From positions 1 to 58,204 of the forward strand of contig JBHHXT010000009.1 of NCBI GenBank assembly GCA_046757165.1: 58,204 bases of DNA, in the 5' to 3' direction. The DNA comes from a bacterium (GTDB lineage Bacteria > Zhuqueibacterota > Zhuqueibacteria > Oceanimicrobiales > Oceanimicrobiaceae). A program made the translations under genes and the position numbers. The notes below the pieces were generated by a model, which did no database searches, was not told where the DNA came from, and worked only from the letters and a program-made list of their open reading frames with translations. Of this stretch, positions 18,044-27,123 are shown one piece after another. Position 1 is the stretch's first letter. Every line of letters starts with the position of its first letter.

Positions 18044-18481
18044 TCAGACAGTTGTGACTGGGAATTCCGCGCCAATCTGTCGTTCGAGCTGAGCGATACT
18101 CTGGGTCTTGAGCATGGCGATGATATCCTCCTTGATGTGCGTCCAACGACTGTGCAACGGACACGGGAACTGGTCGTTACAGCCGGGGAAACCCAAAAAG
18201 CAATCGTCCAGAAACGCCGGGCCATCAATCGCCAGGATGACTTCGTAGGGTGTAATCTCTTCCGCGCTTTTTCCAAGGATGAACCCCCCTGTCTTCCCGC
18301 GCTGCGAAATGATAAGCCCGCTGCGTACGAGCATCTGCAATACCTTACCCAGAAAGTGTGGCGGGATGTCAAGGGCTGTTGCGATCTGACGCTGGAAAGA
18401 GGGTCTCGCTCCAGGCTGGGATGCCAAATAGAGAAGCGCCTGCAGCGCGTACTTACATCCTTTTGTTAGAAAGCCATCCAT
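18044..18481 (-). CDS. Rrf2-family transcriptional regulator, probably FeS-binding
   Basis: YALQAL...IPPHFLGKVLQ...RGKTGGF.L; three Cys (CFLGFPGCNDQFPC). Confidence 0.93.
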   Translation of the reverse strand: MDGFLTKGCKYALQALLYLASQPGARPSFQRQIATALDIPPHFLGKVLQMLVRSGLIISQRGKTGGFILGKSAEEITPYEVILAIDGPAFLDDCFLGFPGCNDQFPCPLHSRWTHIKEDIIAMLKTQSIAQLERQIGAEFPVTTV

Positions 18482-18516
18482 TGAATTCCGATAATCAGAG
18501 TTTCTTGTCCTTTTTC

Positions 18517-18545
18517 AGGATACAAATAATCTCCCGCTTTGTCAA
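18517..18545 (-). promoter_or_regulatory. Sigma70-type promoter of the rrf2 gene
   Basis: Minus strand TTGACA-17 nt-TATCCT, ~35 nt upstream of the ATG. Confidence 0.6.
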
Positions 18546-18574
18546 GCCGTTTTTGGTATTGTTTCAAAAGTTTT

Positions 18575-19309
18575 TCAAAAAGAACGGGAGGGATAAACAG
18601 CCTCTCGAGCAGGGAGAGCTCCCGCCCTCAAGTCAATCGAATACTCGAGAAGCTCATGCCCACTTGCCTGATATTTTTTCTCAAAGGCTGAAATCGGTTC
18701 CTGAACCGAAAGACGCTGAAGTGAGCCCTTTCTGCCTGTGGCGATCTCTGCTGCACGGGCGAATTCTTGTACATAGATTTTCCAGTTGCTGCGCACCTGC
18801 AGGATGCCCCCAAGCGCCAGCAGCTCCTTGAACACAGGATGTCCGTGCCAACGCCGGCGCACATGCCGCTTCTTGGGCCAGGGGTTGGGGTAGAGCAGAA
18901 AATGACGCTGTAGCCGCCACCCTGCCTGCTGCGCCAACCGCCAGATGTCGACCAGGTCTGCGCGCAGAAAGAGAAGATTGCTGCCGGGCTCGGCCTTGTC
19001 TCTTGCTTTTTGAATTCGGATCGACGACTTTTCCAGGCCAACCACAAGAGCCTCCCGAAAGCATTGGGCAAGAAAAACCGTGCTTTCCCCGGTGCCACAC
19101 CCTGAATCGAAAATGAGCGGCGCAGCACAGTTGGCGACTTCCTTAGAAAGCGCATAGAAGGTTTCCAGGCTAACTTGCTTGAACGGCCTGCGGTAATCGT
19201 GCTCCAGATGTTTCTTGACAATGGACTCCAGGTCTGGATGAATATCCGGTTGGTTGCTGGAGACTGTTGGGGAATTTCCTGACATGCGCCTGTTTCGCCC
19301 GGCAAGCAT
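18575..19309 (-). CDS. TrmB-like SAM-dependent methyltransferase
   Basis: DSGCGTG motif I; YPNPWPKKRH motif. Confidence 0.8.
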   Translation of the reverse strand: MLAGRNRRMSGNSPTVSSNQPDIHPDLESIVKKHLEHDYRRPFKQVSLETFYALSKEVANCAAPLIFDSGCGTGESTVFLAQCFREALVVGLEKSSIRIQKARDKAEPGSNLLFLRADLVDIWRLAQQAGWRLQRHFLLYPNPWPKKRHVRRRWHGHPVFKELLALGGILQVRSNWKIYVQEFARAAEIATGRKGSLQRLSVQEPISAFEKKYQASGHELLEYSIDLRAGALPAREAVYPSRSF

Positions 19310-19310
19310 C

Positions 19311-20531
19311 TCAAGGGTTCAGCATGACCCGCACCGAGTCCAGGCTGCCATCATTTGGCGCCGGCTCGAGGTTCAGGATCTTCGCCATCAATTCGTAAAG
19401 GTGGATATTCTGAAACGACCCGACCGTCAAACCGGACTTGAACGCCGGACCGTGCGCCACAAACAGCGCTCCCATGGATTCGAGCCGGTTGTCATACCCG
19501 TGTGTGCCACCTTCGAATCTTTCTGGCTGCTCGCGAAATCGGTCGCGGGTCGAGATGGACCAGCCTTCGCCGGCGATCACGATAAGACGTGGAATCCGCG
19601 GGTGGGTGTTGTAATGAAATCGTGCGGGAGTATCTTCTTTCTTATAGACCTGCAGATTGGGATGGGCTTTTCGCAGTTGCTCGTATATTCTTCTTTCCTT
19701 CCCCGGTTTTGGATTCATCGCGGCCACCGGATCCCAGTCCACCATCTGCACATCTTGCAGATCGATGTAGTCATCCAGAAAAATGACTCTTTGGGAACTG
19801 GTGGCGGCCATGCCGTGGTCTGACACAACCAGGATGTTGACCTTGTCGAGCAGTTTTCTTTCCGCCAGTCCCTCGAGAAGAATGCCGAGCACGGAATCTA
19901 TGGATTGCATGGTCCGTTTTACCTCTCGGGAGTCGGGATGGTAGGCATGCCCGGCGTCATCCAGCGTGCTGAAATAGACCGTGATGAAAACCGGCCGTCT
20001 GGCCGCGGGCAGATCCAGCCATTGCAGCACTTGCGCAACCCGCTCTTCGTTCGGAACGGTTCCATCGTACATGAACCAGTAGGTTGGCTGCACGCCCTTG
20101 ATTTTCGCTTCCGTGCCTACCCAGAAGTAGGAGGCGGTGACCAGGCCTGCCTTTGCTGCCGTGACCCAGATTGGCTCGCCTCCCCACCACGCCGGGTCCT
20201 GGACAGCATCGCGGAGACTCAGCGCAAACCGCTTTCTTCTCTCCGGGTCGTACATGTTGTTGGCAACCACACCATGATTCCCCGGATACAAACCGGTGAC
20301 GATGGAGTAATGATTCGGAAACGTCTTCGTTGGAAAACAAGGGATGAGCGATTTTGCCCGCACGCCCGTTTCAATCAGAAAGTCGAGGTTCGGCGTCTCC
20401 GCCTTATCTGGCATGTCCCAGCGGCAGCCGTCGATGGAAATGAGAATGATCGGTTGCTCTGGCGTTTTCGAATAAGTGCAGGAGAGCGAGGCTAAGATGA
20501 ATACAGCCGTCAGTTTCTTACCGGTCCACAT
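19311..20531 (-). CDS. Nucleotide pyrophosphatase/phosphodiesterase (alkaline phosphatase superfamily), lipoprotein
   Basis: ISIDG, TKTFPNH, DDAGH, SDHGM, GTHGY; LSC lipobox; ATG 20531 preferred. Confidence 0.92.
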   Translation of the reverse strand: MWTGKKLTAVFILASLSCTYSKTPEQPIILISIDGCRWDMPDKAETPNLDFLIETGVRAKSLIPCFPTKTFPNHYSIVTGLYPGNHGVVANNMYDPERRKRFALSLRDAVQDPAWWGGEPIWVTAAKAGLVTASYFWVGTEAKIKGVQPTYWFMYDGTVPNEERVAQVLQWLDLPAARRPVFITVYFSTLDDAGHAYHPDSREVKRTMQSIDSVLGILLEGLAERKLLDKVNILVVSDHGMAATSSQRVIFLDDYIDLQDVQMVDWDPVAAMNPKPGKERRIYEQLRKAHPNLQVYKKEDTPARFHYNTHPRIPRLIVIAGEGWSISTRDRFREQPERFEGGTHGYDNRLESMGALFVAHGPAFKSGLTVGSFQNIHLYELMAKILNLEPAPNDGSLDSVRVMLNP

Positions 20532-20725
20532 GAGAAGATTTTCCTTTGATCGTTGCCTGGACGCCAGAGAAAAAATAGCGACAATTTGTTGTCGATATTG
20601 GGCCCACACGGAGAACTTTTGCTCAAGAAATCCGCGTGGGTTTTTGATCCGTTCCGAATTGTATTCCTAAAATGACTCTCGGGGCTGGACATCTGGCCCA
20701 GCTTTTTCAAATTTGGAGCTCAGCA

Positions 20726-20781
20726 TTTCGAATTTCCGGTTGTTCAATCCTGCGCCTTCTGCGGGGCTTGTCCGGCTCAGG
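20726..20781. repeat. Dispersed ATTTCGAATTTCCGG...CTTGTCCGGCT element
   Basis: Related copies at ~786-815, ~13331-13350 and ~46760-46818. Confidence 0.7.
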
Positions 20782-20784
20782 GTC

Positions 20785-21300
20785 TTACTGATGTTTCCTC
20801 ACCAAACTGCTCACCACAAGGGTGACGCCAATGATGATCAAGATGATCGGCCAGACTGTCGCAAAATCGACCCAGTAAAAAACCTCGAGATGGTGCAGAA
20901 AAAAAACAGTGCCGAGGAAGAACAGGACCGCACCCGGGATAAGCACACCCCAATCTTCCGGTTTGAGCAGAAACTGCGCGATGAAGGCCGCGCCGATGGC
21001 AATGAGAAAAACCGGCCAGTACTCTCCAACATGATAAAAATCATACGCCAGGTCAAAGAAATCAAAGTTCCGCAAGAAGAAGAAGAGGCCCAAGACGAAC
21101 AACGCGGTCGCCGGAAAGGCTGCCCCGCTGTCCTTGCGCGAAAATGCCCGCACAAAAAAGAAACCGCTCAGGCACAACATGATGACTGGATAAGCATGGT
21201 ACCAGCTTAGAACGAACACACCAAGCTGTCGCAGCAGCAGGAACACGCCCACCAGGATCAGGATGGCGCCTGGAATGATAGATTTTTCTTTTGAGGCCAT
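20785..21300 (-). CDS. LiaI/LiaF-like (DUF5668) membrane protein
   Basis: Repeated G..LI..G..LL / WP..LI..G TM motifs; AGGAGG RBS before ATG 21300. Confidence 0.75.
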   Translation of the reverse strand: MASKEKSIIPGAILILVGVFLLLRQLGVFVLSWYHAYPVIMLCLSGFFFVRAFSRKDSGAAFPATALFVLGLFFFLRNFDFFDLAYDFYHVGEYWPVFLIAIGAAFIAQFLLKPEDWGVLIPGAVLFFLGTVFFLHHLEVFYWVDFATVWPIILIIIGVTLVVSSLVRKHQ

Positions 21301-21384
21301 TTTTCCTCCTGAATAAGAATCCGGTCGGAAAGCCCCGTCACACCGGCGAATGACGGGCTTTGGAGTCAAGCATGACCGGACTGC

Positions 21385-22236
21385 CTACTTTCTGCTCTTC
21401 GGGGTCTGCGTCCCACCTTTTGGTTTTGTGGGTGGTTTGGCTGGTTTGGCGGGTCTGGCGGGCGCAGGTGGCGCGGCGGTTTTTGTCGCTGTTTCGGCGG
21501 TCTCATCGCCGCTATCTTCCGGGACGATGACCATCATGACGATATAGGCGACCACACCGATAAATACGCCGCCTGCCAGAGTTAAGAGCACGAAGCCAAT
21601 TCTCACAAACGACGGGTCAATATTGAAGTACTTGGCGAGACCGCCGCACACGCCGGCGCACATTCTATCGTCGACCGAGCGCATAAACCTTTTTTCCATC
21701 GCAATGTCTCCGGTTGTTCCGCTACCTGTAGACTCTGTCCCCTCCTTCTCTCGCTTTCGCACCGCCAGGATATAGACTGCGCCCAACAAAATGAGCGCCG
21801 TTGGCAGAAGCCAATCAAATCTGAAATTGAACGACCAGAAGGGATACGAATCCCAGTCACGGGTGATGTAAAAGGGATAGAAATCAAACCAGTCGAGCTG
21901 GCGGAACAAAACAAGTGCTCCTACGACGACAAAGAAAAGACCCCAGAGTAAGTTAGAATCGGTCCTGGTGGTTTTCTCAGCATGTGTTCCCGCTTCATCA
22001 CCGCCCTCTGGAATGACGATCCAGGAAACGATGTAGGCGAGCCCCCCAAATCCGCCAAAACACAGAGAGACAGCCCAGATGATTCGTACTATCGTGGCAT
22101 CCCAGCCAAAATGCTCAGCAACCCCGCCGCAAACACCGGCGATCCAGCGGTTGGATTTGGAGCGATAGATGCGCCTGGAGGACGCGGGCTCCTCAGACGA
22201 TGCCATTTTGCTTGTTCCTTTTGTTTCTTCTGCCAT
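21385..22236 (-). CDS. PspC-domain protein (two PspC domains around a DUF5668-like segment)
   Basis: YRSKSNRWIAGVCGGVAEHF and RSVDDRMCAGVCGGLAKYF. Confidence 0.9.
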   Translation of the reverse strand: MAEETKGTSKMASSEEPASSRRIYRSKSNRWIAGVCGGVAEHFGWDATIVRIIWAVSLCFGGFGGLAYIVSWIVIPEGGDEAGTHAEKTTRTDSNLLWGLFFVVVGALVLFRQLDWFDFYPFYITRDWDSYPFWSFNFRFDWLLPTALILLGAVYILAVRKREKEGTESTGSGTTGDIAMEKRFMRSVDDRMCAGVCGGLAKYFNIDPSFVRIGFVLLTLAGGVFIGVVAYIVMMVIVPEDSGDETAETATKTAAPPAPARPAKPAKPPTKPKGGTQTPKSRK

Positions 22237-22327
22237 GATTCTCTGTAGCTCTCAATGATGAATACATTTGCCAACGAAGGAATGAACCTAAGTTGAGTAA
22301 CGCAAAAAATATCGCAAGGTTTCGAGC

Positions 22328-22966
22328 TTAAGCCCTGCGATATTTCCGGTCTATTTGCATGATCTTGTCCACCCGTCGCTTGTGCCGCTCTGCACCCGGG
22401 CCTGTCTGGAGCCAGGTCCGGACAATTTCTTTCGCAATGTCCACACCCGTCACCCGGCTGCCGAGCGTTAAGATGTTGGCAAAATTGTGCTCGCGGCTAT
22501 TCCTGGCGGTATGAACGTCATAACAGGCAGCAGCGCGAACACCGGGGACTTTGTTGGCAACCATCGCAGAACCCACGCCGGCACCGTCGACGATAATTCC
22601 CAGCAACGACAAGTCGCGGGCGACCTTTTGCGCCACCAGGTGGGCGTAGTCCGGGTAGTCGACAGAGGCCGTTGAAAAAGTGCCGACATCCTCGGTTTCA
22701 ACCCCCAGTTCTTGCAGATACTCTATCAAAACGATTTTCAAATCAAACCCGCCGTGGTCACAGCCAAGAACGATACGGCTCACGTCTGGCAATTTGTGCT
22801 GCGGGGCGGTGGCAGCGGACTCCGGGCTTTTCAGGAGGGAGATATTTCTGAATTTGGCGGCCTCGGCAGCGGCCGGCGTGATGATTCCGTCGGGTGAAAG
22901 GATGATCTTGGTTCGTCTTTGTTTCCAGGCTTCAAATACCTCGCGTTCTGTGATCAGCTTCTTCAT
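22328..22966 (-). CDS. rpiB: Ribose-5-phosphate isomerase B with N-terminal extension
   Basis: GCDHGG, VDYPD, ANKVPGVRAA, REHN.AN, RHKRRV. Confidence 0.9.
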   Translation of the reverse strand: MKKLITEREVFEAWKQRRTKIILSPDGIITPAAAEAAKFRNISLLKSPESAATAPQHKLPDVSRIVLGCDHGGFDLKIVLIEYLQELGVETEDVGTFSTASVDYPDYAHLVAQKVARDLSLLGIIVDGAGVGSAMVANKVPGVRAAACYDVHTARNSREHNFANILTLGSRVTGVDIAKEIVRTWLQTGPGAERHKRRVDKIMQIDRKYRRA

Positions 22967-22972
22967 GCAAGG

Positions 22973-23659
22973 TCAGTTGTTCTGTTCACGCTGGCGAATC
23001 ATGGGAACAAACCGCACGGGAATCCGCGCGTCTTTGCGGTAGGAGCCATCAGCGAGCCGGGTCACCAGAACCAGCTCCTGCTCGCTCTCCCCAACCGGGA
23101 TCACCATTTTGCCGCCAACCTTGAGCTGGTCTACCAGCGTCTGTGGAATGTGGTTCGGCGCCGCGGTGACCACGATGCCGTCGAACGGAGCTTCATCTGA
23201 CCAGCCCTTATAGCCGTCGCCAAATCTCAACCTGACATTGGTACACCCCATCTTCTTCAGGCGCAGGGCCGCTTCGATAGCGAGATTCTCATTGATCTCA
23301 ACCGTGTAAACCTGGGCAACAATTTCGGCCAGGACAGCGGCCTGGTAGCCCGAACCTGCACCGACCTCCAGAACCCTCTCATGGCCCATCAACCCAAGCG
23401 CCTCGGTCATATACGCCACAATGTAGGGTTGAGAAATGGTTTGATTTTCGCCGATCGGCAACGGCGTGTCATCGTAGGCCGCCTTCTCCATATTCTCTCT
23501 GACGAAGCGGTGCCGCGGCACCGCCTCTATTGCCTGCAAAACCAGTAAATCCTTGACGCCGCGCGCCTGAATCTGCAATCGAATCATCTTCTTGCGCGCA
23601 TGCAGATGACGCGAGGAATCCCCGAGCTTCAGGCTGGAATAGTTCTCCAAATCTATCAC
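22973..23659 (-). CDS. pcm: Protein-L-isoaspartate O-methyltransferase
   Basis: VPRHRF, QTISQPYIVA, VLEVGAGSGY, APFDGIVVTAA, VRFVP. Confidence 0.95.
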   Translation of the reverse strand: MIDLENYSSLKLGDSSRHLHARKKMIRLQIQARGVKDLLVLQAIEAVPRHRFVRENMEKAAYDDTPLPIGENQTISQPYIVAYMTEALGLMGHERVLEVGAGSGYQAAVLAEIVAQVYTVEINENLAIEAALRLKKMGCTNVRLRFGDGYKGWSDEAPFDGIVVTAAPNHIPQTLVDQLKVGGKMVIPVGESEQELVLVTRLADGSYRKDARIPVRFVPMIRQREQNN

Positions 23660-23671
23660 TCTTGCACGCTC

Positions 23672-24613
23672 CTAACCTCGTTGCAGAGTTTTAAGGTGCT
23701 CTTCCATGCTTAAAGCGAGCGCATCCAAGTTGTATCCTCCCTCCAGAACAGAAACCAGACGGCCGTTACAGCACTCCGTGGCACACTGCATCACAAGCCT
23801 GGTCATTTCTGCAAATCCCGTCTCCGTGACGTTCATATTGGCCAGCGGGTCGTCACGGTGAGCATCAAAGCCGGCGGAAATCAGGACAAACCCGGGGGCA
23901 AACTCCTGCACCGCGGGCACGATCTGCTTCTCGACCAGGTGCAAATAGTCTTTGTCTGCACAACCGGGCGGCGACGGAAAATTCAACGTGAATCCTTCTC
24001 CAGCGCCGGCTCCTCTTTCCTCGACCAGGCCTGTTCCAGGATACAAAGGGCTCTGATGAATGCTGGTGTACAACACAGTCGGATCTTCGTAAAAAGCGGC
24101 CTGTGTGCCATTGCCGTGGTGTACATCCCAGTCGATAATCCAAACTCTTTCGAAACCGAGCTCACTTTGCACATACCTGGCTGCGATGGCGACATTGTTG
24201 AACAGACAAAAGCCCATGGCACGCGACGGCTCGGCATGGTGCCCCGGTGGACGAACCGCACAAAAAGCATTGTCCACCGTTCCCGCCGCAACCGCTTTGC
24301 ACGCTCTCAGCACACCACCCACCGCCCGCCGGGCCACGACGTAAGAATCCTCACACACGACCGTATCTGAATCTAAATAATGCAAACCGCTTTTGCAAGT
24401 GTTTTGTATGTTTTCAATGTAGCTTTTGGGATGATTTTTTGCGATCCACTCGATCGCGGCGGTGTTGGCGGAAACTGGCGTAAGTGTATCGACAATCTCC
24501 CGGCTTCTGAGATGGTGAATGAGGGCTCGCAGCCGCTCAGGCCGCTCCGGATGGCCAAAGCCTGTTTTGTGCTGCAAATAGATGTCGTCATAGACGAAGC
24601 CGGTTCTACGCAA
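23672..24613 (-). CDS. Histone deacetylase family Zn-dependent deacylase
   Basis: HPERPER, RPPGHHA, DWDVHHGNGTQ, SAGFD, LEGGY; TTG start at 24613 or 24649. Confidence 0.93.
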   Translation of the reverse strand: MRRTGFVYDDIYLQHKTGFGHPERPERLRALIHHLRSREIVDTLTPVSANTAAIEWIAKNHPKSYIENIQNTCKSGLHYLDSDTVVCEDSYVVARRAVGGVLRACKAVAAGTVDNAFCAVRPPGHHAEPSRAMGFCLFNNVAIAARYVQSELGFERVWIIDWDVHHGNGTQAAFYEDPTVLYTSIHQSPLYPGTGLVEERGAGAGEGFTLNFPSPPGCADKDYLHLVEKQIVPAVQEFAPGFVLISAGFDAHRDDPLANMNVTETGFAEMTRLVMQCATECCNGRLVSVLEGGYNLDALALSMEEHLKTLQRG

Positions 24614-24655
24614 TTGGAGTCTCCCGAGCCTGCTGGAAAACCCGGTCAAACCGGG

Positions 24656-25093
24656 CTACTTCTGGACCTTTATTCTCTGGCCGGTGACCACGGCGTCCCC
24701 ACGCCCGAAGACCTTCACTTCATATGTGCCCGGAGTCAAATTCTCCACATTGCAGACCTCTTCAAAGGGAACGAGCACCTGGGCCACCATCTTGCCCGAG
24801 CTGTAATCGGCCAGAGGCGTAATCTCGATCACGGAACCCTGTACGTTGACCTCGAAGCGATTGAATTCATAAGCCGGAGAGGGCAAATTGCCCAGGATTT
24901 TGACTTCCAGCTTCTCCACTTTTGAAATGGAAGATTGAGATTTGACCTCATCGACATAAATCTTATGCAATGCTCCACCCTCCTGTCTTGAACTCCTGGG
25001 CTCCGGCACCTCGGAGCGCCCATTATATTTGGCACAGCTCGCAAACATCAGCCATGCTGCGAGAAAGCAAGATAGACGCAGGGGCTTCATCAT
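24656..25093 (-). CDS. Hypothetical lipoprotein
   Basis: FASC lipobox, AGGAGG RBS, operonic position. Confidence 0.7.
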   Translation of the reverse strand: MMKPLRLSCFLAAWLMFASCAKYNGRSEVPEPRSSRQEGGALHKIYVDEVKSQSSISKVEKLEVKILGNLPSPAYEFNRFEVNVQGSVIEITPLADYSSGKMVAQVLVPFEEVCNVENLTPGTYEVKVFGRGDAVVTGQRIKVQK

Positions 25094-25150
25094 AGTACCC
25101 TCCTTATGAGTTTATTGACGTTGACCTATCTAAGACTTGTATCTAAGCGC

Positions 25151-25289
25151 CTAGATTTTTTCGCAGACTTCGCTGCCAAAAAAGTCATTTGGCGCTTCGC
25201 GCCGTCATTTGCCCTGCGGGCGTCATTTGGTCATTGCTTGTTCAATGACGCCGCAGGGCAAATGACAACAAATGACGAGCAAAGCTCAA
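25151..25289. repeat. ~140-bp palindromic MITE/REP-like element, copy 2 (inverted)
   Basis: Reverse complement of 6164-6304 with some substitutions. Confidence 0.8.
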
Positions 25290-25308
25290 AAGACGGTTTT
25301 TCAGTTCC

Positions 25309-27123
25309 TCAACGCTGACTCTTTTTCGCCTGTTTGAAGTAGTCTTTGATGCCTTCTACGATCGCCTCCGCGGTCTTTCGACGAAACTCGGCAGAGTTGA
25401 TGAGCATTTCTTCATCCGGATGCATCATGAACGCCGGCTCTATGAGCACAGATGGCATCTGCGTAATTCGGCAAACAGCGAGGTTGTCATAATATAAACC
25501 ATAGTTAGGTAGTTTTAGTTTCTTTAACAGCCGGGTCTGAATCGCACTCGCCAATGGCAGACTCTGCGGATGGTAGTAGTAGGTACTCGTGCCGCGGTTT
25601 TGAAATGGGTTTACCCCATCGGGCAGAGCGTTATAATGCAGGCTCAAAAACAAGTCGGCTTCCAGGTAGGCAGCCATTTTGGTGCGGGCGAGCAAACTGG
25701 CGCCGTGAGACCCTTGGCGTGTGAGAAATACCACACCCCCCTTCTTCTCCAGCGCTTGCTTCAGTACCGCGGCCAATTGCAAACAAGCACCCTTTTCCGT
25801 TGTTCGGCTCGGACCGATCGCCCCGTCTTGCGGCCCGTGGCCCGGGTCCAGGCAGATAATTTTACCCTTCAGCGAAAACTTCTCGGGCGGTTTTCTGATT
25901 TCGAGCACAAGAACGCGATCGTCATAATACGGATTGTATCCCCACTGCGGCCCGCTGTTGAACAGAACAGTCACCTCATAGACCCGGTTTTCAGGCTGAG
26001 CCCAGGTGATCTCGCGAACATGAGTCTGATCGAAATCATAGCGAATCCAATCTGTGTTGGCGTCCGCTCCATACACAGAAATCTTCAGGGCAGAGGGCTC
26101 GTTGGACTGCTGTATTTTGAACGGCAATCGCTCCTGAAGATAAATCTTCAGCTTGACCTTGTCTTCGAGATTTTCGCTTCGAAGCACGGCCACTTTGCTA
26201 TGGGGCACAGGCGAGCCTTCGGGCAGGAAGTTCAGGTTCGGAGCCGGCAGCCATACGTCTTCGGAACGACTCAGGCGGGCACGATAGTGGTTGGCCTTCT
26301 TACCGGTGATCTCGACTTTTACGCCAGCGGGGACAAAGAGCTGGTAGCCCAGACTCGGCCCGGTACGCGCCACGGTCATGGGTTCGGTAAGCTCTGCGAT
26401 GCGCGGTGCGAACTCAGGCCGAACGGTAATGCGCGCGGGCGCCAGCGCCGCTGCCGTCACCCCATTTGCACTCCCGAGGGTTACATGAACGCGCGCGCTG
26501 TCCACTGTGACGCCCGCCGGGATGCGATAACGACCCCGATAGATCCCCGGGGCCACCGGCGGGTAGAACTGCCGACCAGCCCCAAATACGGCCTCCCCCC
26601 AGTAGGCTTCATGATTGGGCGGCGCTTCAACCATGCTGACATTTTCAACCAGGCCCGGGATGGAGAAGCGCCCCACCAGGCCCGGCGTGCCTTTGAAACT
26701 CACCTCTATTTCATCACCGGCGATCAACTCGAGATCCTGGTTCGGGAAGAAATACGAGGTGTCTATTGCAACCGTGTCCGGGGGCAGGGACATCAGATAG
26801 GGCGGGATAAAAACTGGTCTGGAAACTTTGAGTGTATCCGTGCCCGAAATGGCCAGACAATTGAAAACGAATTCTCCCCGCATGACGGGGATGTGGCCCA
26901 AAAAGGCGCCGTTCGGGTAGACTCGCACCGGGAGATCGTTGACGAGAATCCGGACATCAGGCCGGTTGGCTGCACCAAAAATGAACGTTGAGTCAGATGC
27001 AAGGACAACCTGCTCTTCCTTCGGATAAACGACATCCAGAGTGAGCTGGCCAAAAAGGGGAGATGCGAGACAAACCCAAAAAAAAATCTCTATCCAGGGT
27101 GTCAGCATTCCGCGCCGGTTCAT
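25309..27123 (-). CDS. N-acetylmuramoyl-L-alanine amidase (Amidase_3)
   Basis: LDPGHG, TEK, SLHYNA, LIEPAF; signal peptide; ATGA overlap with moeA. Confidence 0.9.
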   Translation of the reverse strand: MNRRGMLTPWIEIFFWVCLASPLFGQLTLDVVYPKEEQVVLASDSTFIFGAANRPDVRILVNDLPVRVYPNGAFLGHIPVMRGEFVFNCLAISGTDTLKVSRPVFIPPYLMSLPPDTVAIDTSYFFPNQDLELIAGDEIEVSFKGTPGLVGRFSIPGLVENVSMVEAPPNHEAYWGEAVFGAGRQFYPPVAPGIYRGRYRIPAGVTVDSARVHVTLGSANGVTAAALAPARITVRPEFAPRIAELTEPMTVARTGPSLGYQLFVPAGVKVEITGKKANHYRARLSRSEDVWLPAPNLNFLPEGSPVPHSKVAVLRSENLEDKVKLKIYLQERLPFKIQQSNEPSALKISVYGADANTDWIRYDFDQTHVREITWAQPENRVYEVTVLFNSGPQWGYNPYYDDRVLVLEIRKPPEKFSLKGKIICLDPGHGPQDGAIGPSRTTEKGACLQLAAVLKQALEKKGGVVFLTRQGSHGASLLARTKMAAYLEADLFLSLHYNALPDGVNPFQNRGTSTYYYHPQSLPLASAIQTRLLKKLKLPNYGLYYDNLAVCRITQMPSVLIEPAFMMHPDEEMLINSAEFRRKTAEAIVEGIKDYFKQAKKSQR

